NCBI GenBank assembly: GCA_973895155.1
Contig: OZ316893.1
Coordinates: 23,210,015 to 23,274,014 of the forward strand
DNA length: 64,000 bases
Reading direction: 5' to 3'
Origin: Marsupella aquatica
Lineage: Eukaryota; Plantae; Marchantiophyta
Under the pieces are notes generated by a model. That model was given only the letters and a program-made list of their open reading frames with translations. It ran no database searches and was not told where the DNA came from. The translations under genes were made by a program, and so were the position numbers. Below, one piece after another: positions 15,601 through 30,600 of this stretch; the first letter of the stretch is position 1, and each line of letters begins with the position of its first letter.

Positions 15601-18600
15601 TTGCCTAGAAATTCGCAGTTCATAAAAGAGATAGACTATATGAGAGAGATTTTCAAACAAAATATGAATTCTCCACCTACAACACGTAATCAGGTATATG
15701 GAATCCTCATTGCCAGTTTTGAAGCTGACGTTAAAATCCTTATCTTCAAATGTTACTGTTGATGTATTAACTATCTTAATAATGAAGGTCTGTGTCTACT
15801 CTATAACATCCTTGCTATTTATTTTTGAGTCACTTTTTATCCCTCTGTCCTTTGGGCCTCATGGAATGTTAACTAAAGTCCTTCATTTTCGTTCACATTA
15901 GTCTGCACGAGGGCAAAGCTGTGAAAATATTTTATAGATCATTCTAAGAGTTGACTTATCCCGTCATTGAAGAAAACTTAAGCATTCAATAGAGAGAAAT
16001 TATTAATTATTCATATTTTGAGGATGCAGCCGCCTGTTGCTGGCTCAATAAACTGGGCCCGGTCCTTATTTGCCCGTATAAGAAAGACTATGCGTTCGTT
16101 CAAGACAAGGGGTAGTGACATGATGAAGCATGCTGCTGCCTCAGAGGTATCTACTCCTTTCAACATGCAAGTGTTGCATTTTGGAAGTAAATGGAAAATG
16201 CCGTTAGACTACATTATTCTTTGTCTCTAGACAGGAAAGTTCCAAACCAAGAATACTGAAACGCAAATCAATTGCCGCGAAAGTTTCCTTGTGTGATGAT
16301 TTCAAATGATTGGACTCAGACCCAACTTGGTCTATATTTAGGTATGATGAAGGCGTGATAAATTTTCATGTGCAGATGGACATTCAATACCGTGCTCTTG
16401 CAAAGCAAATGCTAATTTTTGAGAAACAATGGATCTCACAATGGGTTCAAAATGTCAACCAGCAGACAACATTCTACCTCAAGCAGGTACATTTCTGAGT
16501 ATGCGTGGCCCTGTTGAGCTTTTAAACAGAGTTTGTACAGCATAGTAAGAATATCTACTTATAGAACTCTCTAGTCGTAGAGAATCACACTGGCCCTCTT
16601 GTAAACACCAGAAAGTTTACGGGTGCGACAAGAGTCTCAAAAGGAAGAATTCCTAGATATAAAAGTGAACTTATTACTTAGTGTTTCTGGCAATTTGGAA
16701 GTTGTTATTCTAGATTTTTGTTAACATGATATCTAAGATGTTCCTTCTGTATGGCAGACGATTATCCACAATGTCGGCAATACCATAATAGAGGTGAATT
16801 TTCACTGTCATTTGGCACAAATCATTAGAGAGACCAAATATCTTGATGCAATGGGATTTCATGTCCCCGAATATCCGTTGACCGTGACGCTCCAAGCAGA
16901 CCGATATCAAAGCAACATTGAAAGCTTGCAGAATATGTTAGAGGTATGTTGTTGTCAACGGCAATATAAATCTGTTCACTTTTGTAGGATACAAGATCAG
17001 CCAAATAATTCATTTCAAGAAAGTCTTCCCAGCATTGACTTTGAGCGGGTTTTAGTCTCCACAAGGACTTTGGAATTTTATAAACTACCAGAAAGGGTCA
17101 GACTAGTATCTAATTGAATCGATCCGAATATTCAGGTCGTCAAAACTTCTGTCAGGATGGTGATGATTTATTAATCTGATCTGCAGCAATATCAAATTGT
17201 GTTGAGCATGATGACACCTGTAGAAGCAAAACTGTTGGCAGCTAGGGTGAAGAAGCTGCATCATGTGTTGGATCCAGGTTTCTCGCATCTCAACTGGAAT
17301 GCGCTTGGTATACCAGATTTTGTGGGAAATTGCACAAGGGCAATCAACTCCTTTAAAGCCCTCATCTCACAGGTTGGCGGATTGTTACGTTTTGATCCCT
17401 GTTACGATTATTTATCTTAGTTGAATGTTGTTGTTCGGAGTTAAATGGCCAGTAAGATGAAGGAGATTTCGATGCAGGTCCAAAGCAATGCAGCAAATAT
17501 GGAGAATGCAATTGCAAACATTTCAAGAGCAAGGCTTGTTGTGGTCAACCACGTCGTCAAAGAGGGGGAAATCCTCGATTTGTTGGTTGGGTTCTGTATG
17601 CCCTACCTTGTTAAAAATTTAGAGAATGCCTCACTGGTGTTTTCGATTGCTTTGTAAGTATTCTACATCTTATCGTCGCAATTAAAGCATGAAATCCCAA
17701 CCGAAGTTTCATTCCTGCAAGCAGGAATTTTATGAGCATTTTGAAAACGAGCGACAAATTGTAGTCGATGGTGCCCTCAAGCAGTAAGATTTCCTTCACC
17801 TCTCTGAGTTACTTTCAAAGGAGTTTGCCCTCGAATCACAGTTAAAATGCAGAAGTTCATTTGTTTTACGAGAGCTACCTTGTTTAACTTTCCACGTTAT
17901 CTTCGAATCAGTCATGGTCATTCGCATGCCTTTTCTGTAGGGTAAAAGCTAACGTTTGGTATCTAGAGAATTTCGTAACCTTTTGAATCCCTTGTTTTGC
18001 TTTCAATAAAATGATAGAAAGGTTTCTAACTTACTGTCGGTTGTGGACGCAAGTTGACTAAGATCTATATAATCATTGGAAACCCAGGTACCGAGGCATT
18101 CCACCGCTCTTGAAGAAGGTTGAGGATGTTGTAGTTGGAACGAATACTGGGATGTCTGCAGTATTTGCAGAGTATTATTACTTTTGGGAGCAAAAGATTT
18201 TCAAAGCTTTGAATGACATGGTCCTTAAAAGCATGGGAGCTCTTCAGTCGCTGTTTCGAGACAGTCTGTTACGGAAGGTAATTTCTCTTTCTTGTTGAAC
18301 TTCTCCAGCCAGAACTATATTTACGAAGGCCATAACAGGGAATGACATGCCCCGTCAAGGCCCAACTTCTTCCTCAAAGACACTCAATTGAGATCAAAGT
18401 TGCTTTCCTCAATACCTCAATATCCCTGGAATATCTACAATTGATTTTTGAGCGTTACATGTTCTTACATATGAAAATCAGGGAGTCCTTAAGATTTTGA
18501 CCCTCGATAATTATGTAATGGGTCCTAGTCGGATTTTGGTGGGGATTTTGGTGGGCCTTGTTTGTTCTCATCAAATACTACATGGTTGCTCGTTGTGCAG

Positions 18601-21600
18601 GGTGCAATTGGAACGAAGCAACAAAGTTCCCGGTTGTTTAGGGTGACTTGCTATTTAAACCACCCAGACGTGGTTGTGCAGCCAAGTTTGACGGAAACTA
18701 CCAAGATGTTGGCTAATATGGTATGAACCACGTAGTAATAAAAGTGTGCTTTATAGAACCTAAGGAAAAGTAAACAGATTTCCTCGAATTAAAGTGGTTC
18801 TGTTCTCTCTTCTTCTTCGTCTCACCCCCTCCTCCCCCCGGCTCTTTCCCGACACGCACGGCCAACATGAATGTGGAATTGAATTTGTGTGACTAGTCAG
18901 GTGCGGAGCATTCTGGATTCTGTCAGGCCTTTTGTTAGGTGGATGGATGGAACATGTATAGAAACAGCTCCTCAGGTGTGTGACTCTCCGATCTGGCACC
19001 CTCCTAATGTGTTAGTACAAGAGGAGAGACTTTGTGGGACTACTCACTTTTCCAATACTTAGGCAAGCGATGAAAATAATTTGATCCGTTACAGCCACTT
19101 ATGAAATATTTTACTTGGACCTGTATAGAACAGTTGAGTGTTCCCTTTTCAAACGAACTTCAGAACTGAAACTGGAAGTTCTTTCTCAATTGCTGGCTGG
19201 TGGGTGCTGGTTGAAAAGGTTTAACTCATTAATGGAGGTCACAGTGGCTCAGGGACATCGTCGTTTCATTTAGTCCAGGAAATTCAATGATTACATTTTA
19301 TCTGACTTTGCCAGAATGCTGGAGAAGATGAGCAACCATTCATATTCTCATTCTACAGCGAAGTTTGTGTCAACCCGAAGGTGAGTCCGTGTCTGAGGCT
19401 TGAAGCATTCAGTTTTTCAACAATATTGCCCTACAAAGTGTCAGATGATAAGCTGAAGGGTTGCAATTAATTAGAACTGGGTAACAACTGTATTCGAAGT
19501 TTGAGTTAGATCAATAAGAAATTTGCAAGTATCACAGCGACGAGTTTTTTGTTACAGATTATAAAGGCGATGTTCACATTAAATAGCAGCATTCAGAAAG
19601 CAAGTGCTGGGATTTACAAGTGAGTCTATTTGGGTCCGACTTCAAGCTTAAACGCTGTCACTTGAAAGTTTGTAGCACTTCTGTTGGAGTTCGGGTTCTG
19701 GAGGCAGAAGAACCGGTGGGGACCACGTGAACCATCATGCTAGCTTATTGTTGTGCTTTCATACTCCACATTCATCCGCTGACATCCTTTCCTCTTTAGA
19801 CACTTGGAGAACTGGAGAAAGTACCAGCATCTTTGGAGGCAGGACAAGACGGTGATCCTTGGAAGATTTATTGCTAAGATGCCGACATGTGCTTTCTTTG
19901 AGACAAAGCTGGCCAAGTATGCAAAGGTGTTTGGACCTATCTTGTTGTGAATGTGCTAACACAAAACTTTCTTCAAACCGATGAGGCTCCTTCAGTAGAG
20001 GAAATTCCCTAGAAAATGAACGAAACGATTTGTATCATGATCAAATGCAGCTTAAGAGAGGTTAACCTTAATTTCCCTTGAGATCTTGACAAAGAGAATC
20101 GCTGCATGATATTTCTCCTTTCTCCAGCTTGCAAGTCAATTTGTTTGCTAATAACCAACCCTCGCGAAAGCAATAGAAGGAAGAGGCAAGTTAGGATTTT
20201 TTATATGCAGTTGTCTGGATCACCACGTACCATGCAATTAATTCCCTCTTGAAGCACAGAAAACAAAGCTTAGACTTCAATTTGCTCATGTAATTCATGT
20301 AGCATCGAAAGCCTCTGTATATAATTTCCTGACGATGGTGGTGAAGTCGGCTGTTTCAGACTGAGGTGATTGTTGGACTCTAGAAGTACAGTATAAATAT
20401 TCCAGAAGGATGCTACAGTGAACAATTGGCTGAGACAATTTGTTAAACAGGTAGCAGCAGATGTACTGGAGGTCCCCAGAGATAAATCCGTAGAGTTCTT
20501 GCAAATCAGTTCTCATCAGCTTGTTGCATCAGTGCACAGTGAGGCTTCCGCATGGGTTCTTGCAATTGGAGAAGCTATGATACAGAGCGAGAAGGAACGG
20601 GTAACCCAATTACATGCAAAGATTGACAAATGGTCAGACGTCTTGCATCAGGTAAGTCAACGAGTTCCCTTGGCTCTTGTGTTGTGTTCTTCATCCTATT
20701 TCATAGCAATTAATGCGATGTCATGTAACATTCTTCATCCTATTTCATAGCAATTAATGCGATGTCATGTAACATAACTTCAATCAAGATTCCTAAGCTA
20801 CTGTAGAGAGGAAACTTTCAAGCCAATCAAAAAACGTATCTAATCGATGGGGTGATACAGGCACCAGATGCTTTAGAGAGTTTGAAGGCCGTTCTGAATG
20901 TGGTTGGCGAGATTTTGGCCGCAGACATGTTGATGGAGCTGGAGTAAGTACTGTATATCCTCCGAATGATTAATTGCTTCATCCTTGTGGACTCAATTTT
21001 AAGCTTCACCTGTAGATATTTTCCAATCGCAAATATTGCCCCTATGACTTCTTCGCCCCGTTTGGATACCGTGGACTCTAAATTCTAGCCGATTCTGGTG
21101 ATCAAGTTGGATCATCAGGTGAACAGTTGTGCGCATTTGGTCAAACATCTTTGGGAAATCACTCTGCTTAGCATACTGACTTCCCATGAACCTTCAATCT
21201 ACTGTTCTAATTGTCTTCCAACTCAATTTTTCAGATACCTTGACTTGGAGGAACGATGTAGAACTCGAGATCTCTACAAAATTCCAACCACTGAGGAAGA
21301 CAGAGCTAAAATATTCTCCATCCGCACACGGAAAGTACTAACATAAACCTCTTGATTCCCTGGACGTACATTGACTTGGAACCACTCTGTTCTTCCCTAC
21401 TATCACGAAAGTTTTCTAGATGATCGTCATTTTCTCTGATATACACTTGTGAATACTAGTTTATGTTTTGTCTCGTTGCCACTATTATTTACTCGAAATA
21501 TTGAGGTCGGACAACTTTCATCTGACAGATGGGAAGCTGTGGAGCTTGAGGCGAGGGGTTTAAGTGTGACTTTGCAGACAATAAAGAAGAACTTTGTTGC

Positions 21601-24600
21601 TGGAACGCAATTGCAGGTATATGGATTGAACCAGCGAACAAAAAAAGTTAAAGATTAAGAGATTTTAAACTAGAGGAACTACAATAAAGAAGATGGGATG
21701 GTAAAAATGGGATGGTAATGGGAAAGTAAAGCATTTGATCCAGCATTTAAAGCAGTTCGTAATGGCATATTAGCAAATTAAGTACAGACCCTCAAAAGAC
21801 AGGTCATCTGGGATTCTTCTTTCAATCTGCAGCTTCACTTGAAGGTAATGTTGCATGTGAGAAGATACACAAACTATTACGTGCAAAGCGAATTGGTCAG
21901 TTAGGAATTCCTGAGTCTGTGCTTAATTGTGCAGGCCGAAGAGTTTTTGAAAGAAACTGTTGCATTCCGTGATCGGATGATGGCAAAAGGACCTGTAAAG
22001 TGCACTGATCTGGACGAGGGAGTCCAACTGCTCAAACAATATCAGGTCTGTGGATTAAACTTCTTGTATGAATGTGTAACGTTGGGCATTGCATTTGTAA
22101 AGTACCTTGTTGTCATGTTCAATTGGCATTGCTAGCCGAAAAGTGCTTGGAATCAATTTTAGTATAAGCTTCATCACCGATGTACAATAATTCCCAGGTA
22201 CTAAAACCATGGGACTACTCATTTCACAATTATGTTTATAACTCAATTTGTATTCATTTCCGGTTTCTTTACCTGGATTCATGGCGCAGGAGGAGCTTGA
22301 AACCATGCAGAAAACGAAAGATGGGCTTGTGCTTGCACAAAAGCTTTTTGACATGCCTGTCACACCATACCCTGCTTTGTTTGAGGTAGAGTCCCTCTGA
22401 CCTCGTGTGATGGACCGGAGTCTAGTTAGATGAATGTGATAGAAGAATCTATACATAGACAACTGGAAACCTTGAGTGGCTGAATGTTTCCTAGAGGGCA
22501 AAGTATTTTAACGAATAAAGTCCAGCGATGTTCTGAAAATATCCAAATCAAATTAGTGGCTCTTGAACATCTTATGGAGTGAAACGATTAGATCGTTATG
22601 GGCACAACATGTAATTAGTTTTACTCGCGTGGCCAGGTTGACACAGCTCTGACAAACGCTGCCCTGATCTATGATATCTACATTGAGTTTACAAATACAG
22701 TCGCCAGCTACTCAGGTATGCTGTGGGTTGAGCTGGATATCAACAAGCTAGTCACTATCACTGATGAGTTTGGAATAAGGATGAAGAAACTAAAGCGACT
22801 CCGAACCCAGATACCGTACATCAATCTGGAAGCCAGATTGAAAGGATTCCAGGACTCACTTCCACTAATTCAGGTACGACTTGCTTTACTTAATTTGTTT
22901 TTACAATCAGCCATGAAAGTTTGAACAGTGTGCTAGGAATGCGACCGCTGTTCCGCTGGAAGTAGTAGAATTGAATCTCCAAAGGAATGTTTTATACAAC
23001 TGGTGTAGGATCTCAAAAGTGAGGCTTTAAGGAAGCGACATTGGGACAAGCTGATGAAGGAGACTGGAAAAAGTTTTGACATGGATCCTAAAACATTCAC
23101 TCTGGCAAGCATTTTCCGAATGGAGCTCTATAATTTTGCTGATGTTATCAGGTAATGATCGATCACCTAACAAAATACAAGTAAGGCTGAATTGCATAAA
23201 GTATAATTAAATGCGCACGTCCAAGCATTGGAAGCTTGTTAATGAACCTACGAATGTCCGGCGTTCAGACCAATTATGTTTAAGAATTGGTCCACCAAAT
23301 CTATCACTGGCATCAAAAGCACTCAGAACTATGTAATTTTGGACTTTCCATAACTCCATGGATAAATATTTGCTGCTTCCTTGAGCCACATTACAAGGCA
23401 ACATTCCTATGTCTTCAGTGAAATCACGAATGCTGCAACAAAGGAGCTTAACATCGAAACAGAGCTCAAGAATATTGCAGAGGTCTGGAAGGTGCAGACA
23501 TTTGATGTCTTCAAGTACAACAAAGACGGAATAGACAGAGGCTGGGTGCTAAGGGCAACTGAACCAATAACAGTCCTTCTGGAGGAGATGATGATGAATC
23601 TTCAGGGAATGACCAGTTCTCGATATGTTCGACCCTTCATTGATGAAGTCAGCTCTTGGGAACAGAAGCTGAGTTTGGTTGGAGAAGTGATTGATACTTG
23701 GATGCAGGTTTGGAATTTTTCAAGTAGAGAAATGATCTAAAGTGTTTTGTTGCTTTTAGCTTTGCAATCGTACGTCAACTTCGGATAGTTCACCTGTCTT
23801 AATTACATTGCAAGTTTCCAATAAAAGTAGAAGAAAACTAAGACAGAAGGGATCATAGAAACAGGGGGAAACGAAATACAAAAGAAACCGAAAGGAAGAT
23901 ACGAATATATGTAAAGCCAACCATATAAAACGACAGAGAAACACGATCAGAGTAAAGGTTTGAGCCCCTGGGTGAAGAAGAAACGGATCGGTGCTTTGCA
24001 GGCAACATACTAAGATTGAATTGTTGTATGGTACGACGTGTCACTGTTGACGTGCAGGTACAACGAAAATGGATGTATCTTGAGAGTATTTTTGTGGGGT
24101 CAGATGATATCCGGCATCAGCTACCAAATGAAGCAAAGAAATTTGATCAAATTGACAAGAATTGGATGAAGGTAATGGCCGAGACATCCAAATTTCCCAA
24201 CGTTTTGGAGGCCTGCAGCTCTGACGGCCGCCTGGATACATTGAAACTGCTCTTCAAGCAGTTGGAGAACTGTCAAAAGAGCCTGAGTGAGTAAGTACCA
24301 CTGTAGCATCGCCCGATTCTTGTTATAGTTAGGTGAAGCTACCGGATTTCCATTACAACCACTCTTGATTAGACGCCAATTTAAGTGGTCAGCATGGTTT
24401 TGCTAGATTTAGAAACACATCTTTCAAATACCCCAATTCTCCATATTTTTGCAGGCCCTTCGTATGTCCTTTGCAGTTACTAGAAGCTGTACGTCAAGTA
24501 CTGGTTGTCGAGGGAATCTGGTGTTGCAGTTGTACTGCCTTAATTGTTGGGAACCCTGATTTATCGCAGGTATTTGGACAGTAAGAGAAACGCGTTTCCC

Positions 24601-27600
24601 AGGTTTTTCTTCATATCTGATGATGAGTTACTCTCAGTACTGGGTACCTCTGATCCCAGCTCCATACAGGAGCACATGCTCAAAATGTTTGACAATTGTG
24701 CTGCGCTATATTTCGGAGAAAAGGCGAAAACAGTAACTGGAATGAAATCCTCAGAAGCAGAATCTTTCAATTTTCGACTGAAGGTCAATACGGAAACTGC
24801 AGTTGAAATTTGGATGAAGTCTGTGGAGGCTGAAATGAGAAGTACCTTATTTGATATAATGAAAGAAGGTGTGTATCATTATGCAAAATCACGACGGCAA
24901 GACTGGATCTATGACAACCTTGGTATGGTCACCCTGGTGAGTTTCTACTGAAAAGTTGATTGAGATCTTTCCAGAATTGAGAGTTTGCAAAGAGAACTAA
25001 TATGTAAAAACTCTACATCACTTTCGAGCAGATTCTGATCGGGAATGAGAATTGAACACGTCCGGGTTTTAATTACAGGCTGGAAGCACTGTTTGGTGGA
25101 CATGGGAGGTTGAAGATGCTTTCCGTTGTGTTCGCCTTGGGGACAAAAATGCAATGAAAACGTTCAGTGTCAAGCTCACAAATCAGCTGACTGAGCTGGT
25201 TGGAATGGTCCGGTCAGACCTGAGTGGCCTACAAAGGAAAAAGGTTTGTCATACCTTTTGCACACAGATTCGAAATTGGGCAGTAGACGCAACCCTGTGA
25301 CTTTGTTCGATTCCTTACTAAATTACTATTGTGTTGGTTAAAATTTTATGCATTCATGCTATATAGAGAGGAAGGGCCTTACCCTATGCCAGTAGTGTAC
25401 TGTACCAGGTTTCTAATTCCAACATGATATTGATTATTGTGCGACATATCCAGTTTCCCACTATTTTTCTTTGGTAGAGGTATAAATAAATTTGGGCTCT
25501 TCTACCGCTATTTAAATCCTTAACCAGTCTTTCCTAACACCTCTCCTCCCAGGAGATAGCCTTGTCACAATTTGCATCCGTTTTCTATTACAAAGCAGGT
25601 CAATGCCCTGATCATCATTGAAGTACATGCACGAGATATCATCGATACGTTTGTCCGTGATAGTATTCTTGACTACCGAGAATTCGCATGGGAGAGCCAA
25701 TTGCGTTTCTACTGGGATCGGAAGGAAGATGACACTGTCATAAGGTGAGACACCCTTTCCTTGGAGAATCTTAGGAGTGAACATTGGAACTGACTTACAG
25801 GACAGGAGACCAGATTGTCTCCAAATGCCTGGAAGCCATGAGTTTGAACCGTGAATAAGAGGTAATCTTTTACTACAACTGCTGGGTCCATGAACTCAAT
25901 CTGCTAGAATTTGAACATAGGTTTATCTGCATCAAGATGGTGTTTCCAAAGATGTGCAATCGACGATGTATGGACAAATTTCGTTGGTCAAGCCTTACCT
26001 TAGAAGGCGCAGTTTCATGTTATTTGTCAGAGATTTGTGTTTGTTGTTTAGATAATTAAGCAAGTCACTTAACTTTGTTTGTTTGATAGAGAATCAACTC
26101 GATATACATAGAAATCTCCAAGCGCAGTACTTGAGATTAATGACTGTCTTTCATATACGCTCAATGATGCTCTAATTCTACAATGTGACCTTGCAGACAA
26201 TGTACAGGGGAATTCAAGTATGGATATGAATACATGGGCTTGAATGGAAGACTTGTTATCACAGCATTGACTGATCGCTGCTATATGACTCTCACAACAG
26301 CACTCACTTATCGCCTGGGTGGTGCTCCAGCTGGGCCTGCTGGAACGGGCAAGACAGAGACCACGAAGGATCTTGCGAAGTCCATGGCTTTACTTTGTGT
26401 AGTGTTCAATTGTGGTGATGGTCTTGATTATAAGGTCCGTATTGAATCCAATTGGTGCCAGAACAGGGGAACAGATTCCTTCTTTCGATCTGACTCACCT
26501 GTTGAACAGCCTGTCTATGTCGAGATTGAAGCATTTTCATATTTCCACGACTGTTGAACAGCCTGTCTATATCGAGATTGATGCATTCTCATATTTACAC
26601 AAGTGTTCAACACCAGAGAGATAATCAAATAAAGTAGCTGCTGCATGTGTTGTTACTTTTGAGATTGATTCCTACATTCTAGATTCATCTCGGAAATCCT
26701 TACCAGACTGGTCTTACCTAAGTGATAAAAGTACGTTGTACATTAATGACTTTGTCGAAAAGATCCGTGGAACATGTTGTGTGTATAGCAGGGATATGAA
26801 TCAGGCACTGTAACCAAAGCCCAGCCCAAGTGGGTGACAGACAAAACGGTGCAAAGCTGATAACAGTGTCCATCTTTATGTCCAGGCGATGGGTTCCATA
26901 TTTTCTGGGCTCGTCCAATGTGGAGCATGGGGATGCTTTGATGAATTCAATCGTATAGAGGCTGAAGTGCTGTCTGTTGTTTCGTCTCAAATCAAACAGA
27001 TTCAGGTTTGCTTTTTGCATTTTACATCGTTTTCGGTGTATACGACATTTATCAAGTTTTTCTTTTAAGATTAACAAAGAACAGCATAGCATAAAACTTG
27101 GTATTGATTTCTTTGATTGGAAATCTTCCACTTGTTGGGAACTGGGCTGTTTTCGACGTGGTGACCATCTTCATTCAAGATCTTATATAGGCTTCCACAT
27201 GGCTGTCTAAAACACTTCGGGTCATGATGTACAGGAAGCATTGAAGAACGAGCAAAGGAAATTCGTATTTGAAGGCCGGGAGATTGCTCTGGATCCAAGG
27301 TCTGGAATATTCATAACAATGAATCCTGGATATGCTGGGAGAACAGAGCTACCGGACAACCTAAAGGCCCTGTTTCGCCCAGTGACCATGATTGTGCCAG
27401 ATTTCCTTCAGATCTGTGAAATCATGTTGTTCTCAGAAGGGTAGGATTTTTTTTCCAAAGGTCTTACTAACTAAAAGGTCACATATAATGTTTGAAATCC
27501 TAATTTGTTTGTTTAGTAATTTAGATGGGACTGAAATATCAGAACAAGCCAAACTAAGCGACATTTTCTCCTCCACAGATTTGATAGTGCCAAGGTCTTA

Positions 27601-30600
27601 GCCAAGAAGATGACCGTGTTGTATAAACTGTCCAAGGAACAGCTCTCCAAGCAGTATCACTATGACTTTGGTTTGCGAGCTCTGAAGTCAGTTTTGGTCA
27701 TGGCTGGATCTTTCAAGCGAGGCTTTCCTGAAATGAGCGAAGCACTGGTCCTGATGCGAGCTCTACGAGATATGAATCTTCCGAAGTTTGTTTTTGAGGA
27801 TGTTCCTCTATTCCTGGGTCTGATCAACGATTTGTTCCCGGGGTTGGACTGTCCTCGAGTCCGGTATCCTACTCTCAATGATGTTATTGAGCAAGACTTA
27901 AAGGTAAAGATAATGCAACATAATGCTTGACGTTTAAACAACACCTTCTGGCACGAGTTTTCTTTTCCTCCATGTTTCCTTCTTTGTATGCCTTGTCAAG
28001 CGATCTACCATAGGGAGAAGAATCATATAGCAACATCCAAAATTTGGGCTTTCCTCCATGTTTTTTTCCTTGTATGCATTGCCAAGCGATCTACCGTAGG
28101 GAGAAGAATTTTACAGCAATATCCAAAAATTGGGTTTAACAGCACAATAACAAGAGGAATATGCAATACTGTTGATACAATCTAGAACCTTGTGAGTAAG
28201 TGCCCGACAATCACTTCATGAACAGGTCATCATTTGATTTCGTCCTTCTGGAAATGAATTCTATTTTTGTAAGTGTTACTCTTTTTGTTAGGCAGAGGAA
28301 ATGACTCTTTCCAGATCTCACCCTGGATAAACAACAGAAGGGTCTTTTAGGTGTATTATTCTGCTTGTCCAGATTCAAATTGAAGTATAGTAACTTGAAG
28401 ATTGCCATGCATATCAGGCATTGTTTAGCAAAAGTTACTCACCAAAGTCACATCTAAAGTTGGACAAGTTAAAGACATGACAGATTTTGTTTCTAAGAAT
28501 TGTCACCATGGTTTTGTCTGGAACGCAGGAAAACTCCTACCAAGTGCTGACAGCACCTGGTGAGCAAGTAGATAAAGTAATCCAGCTCTACGAGACCATG
28601 CTTACACGGCACACAACTATGGTGGTTGGCCCTACTGGTGGAGGCAAGAGTGTGATTTTGAATACCCTTGCCCGTGCACAAACCAGAATGGGCTATCCTA
28701 CAAAGCTTTTCATTATCAATCCCAAGGCTCAACCTACCAATGAGCTATACGGAGAGATGGGTGCGTTCGTTTTATAATTTTTCAACTATGGTCATTTTAA
28801 GGTTGAAATGGCCATACACGTAAAAACAAATTGTGCATAATGATGAGAAGAATGAGCATACGAGGAAAGTATTTCAAGAACCTTGGGTGAGCTGCAATTT
28901 AGGCCAAATCTAGGGCGATGCAGGGCAGAGCAGGGCAGGGCAGGGTGACCCACCCTGGACCAATATTCATTTTGAGCCCCGAGTTTGCATTTCCACAGAT
29001 GGTAGTCAATGCTCTAATTATTAAAGGCACTCGAGGAAAGTTCTTTGTAGCTGATAGATGTTTGCTCTACAATCATCTTCATGGGATAAGCGCCCGTATG
29101 TAGGCTTTCATCATAAAACTGAATTAAGTTCTCCTAGACAAATTAAATGAAAGCATGCTGGATAAATCAAAAGGGAAAGATACAACCAGATTATTTGTGA
29201 GGTTACAATTGTTATGTTTTGAGAACGAGTTTTAAGTCAGGATGCTTTTGCCAGGCTTGGCAAAAGGGGTTCTGACCACAACCAAAACAATTATGTCCCA
29301 TATTTCTCGTCCCAAGCGCAAGGGAAGGTTATTTTGTTCAATTTGTATGATTATCGCAGTGACAACTTCTTTGTCATGACACAGATCCTGACACTCGTGA
29401 CTGGACGGATGGTCTGTTATCTAGCATTTTCCGGGAAATGAATAAACCTCTCCCCCCTGACAAGCAAGACAGGTTCTACATTGTGTATGATGGAGATGTA
29501 GATGCCCTGTGGGTTGAGGATATGAACAGTGTCATGGACGATAACAAGTTGCTGACTCTGCCAAATGGAGAACGTATTCGTCTTCAGAATCATGCAAAAA
29601 TGCTCTTTGAGGTTTTTGTCGTCAATTCTCTGTAACTTGGCAGAAATCACAAACTGGGATGTTTGCGTTTGCAGCGTGCAGCGCAAACACAATTATGGAG
29701 CTTAAGAAGATAATTAAATGATGGAGTAGTAATTAAGAAAGAAACACAGATTGGTTCTGGAGACTGGGGCGGACACACTCAAACCATAGTGCAATAAAAC
29801 AGGAGTAAAGTACTTTGAAAATACTGTAAATCCCCATCAAACAATTCTGTAGCAGGATGCTGAAATCTCTTCAAAACAGTACACAATTTCTTCGCTGCTC
29901 TCTCATGACACAGCTTGCAAGTCAATTATACCTGACGAGGTCTGAATTCATCTAATGTGATAGGTGGCAGATCTGCAATATGCCTCGCCAGCAACTGTTA
30001 GCAGATGTGGAATGGTGTTTGTGGATAACAAGAACCTGGGATACAAGCCTTACCTATGGAAATGGTGTAACACGAGGACAGTGTACGTCAAATTTGAACT
30101 TCTTTTTGTAGTAGTTGTACCACTGAATGCCTCGTGGTTCATAAATCCTAAGCTCCAAACTAGAAATAACTTCCTTCGTGAAACATGTTAAAGCCATGAT
30201 ATTACACATAGTGTACTGTTTACACAGATTTAAATTTACTAGATTTCACACGGTACCCAGAAACTGCCTACGTGGCTGATAAACTCTCCACCGCAAAATG
30301 ATTTCCTTCTTGAAGGTAGACCTAAGGTGAAACATAATTATGTCAAACCGTGGTATTGTATGTATCATGCCAATTGCATAGATAAATATCAAAACTACAT
30401 CTAAAACTCTGTAAACTCGTGTGAGACTCATGTATCACTGCAGCTTTCGCAAGGCCAGGATTGAGCTTGGAAAATGCCACTGATGTAATGTAGACAAACT
30501 GTCACAGTTGAATCGTCTCCATGGGCTTTGCAGGAAAGACGAGGCAGAGAGTTTGAGAGATTTTATGGACAAATATGCCCAAAAGTGTATTGACTTTGTC

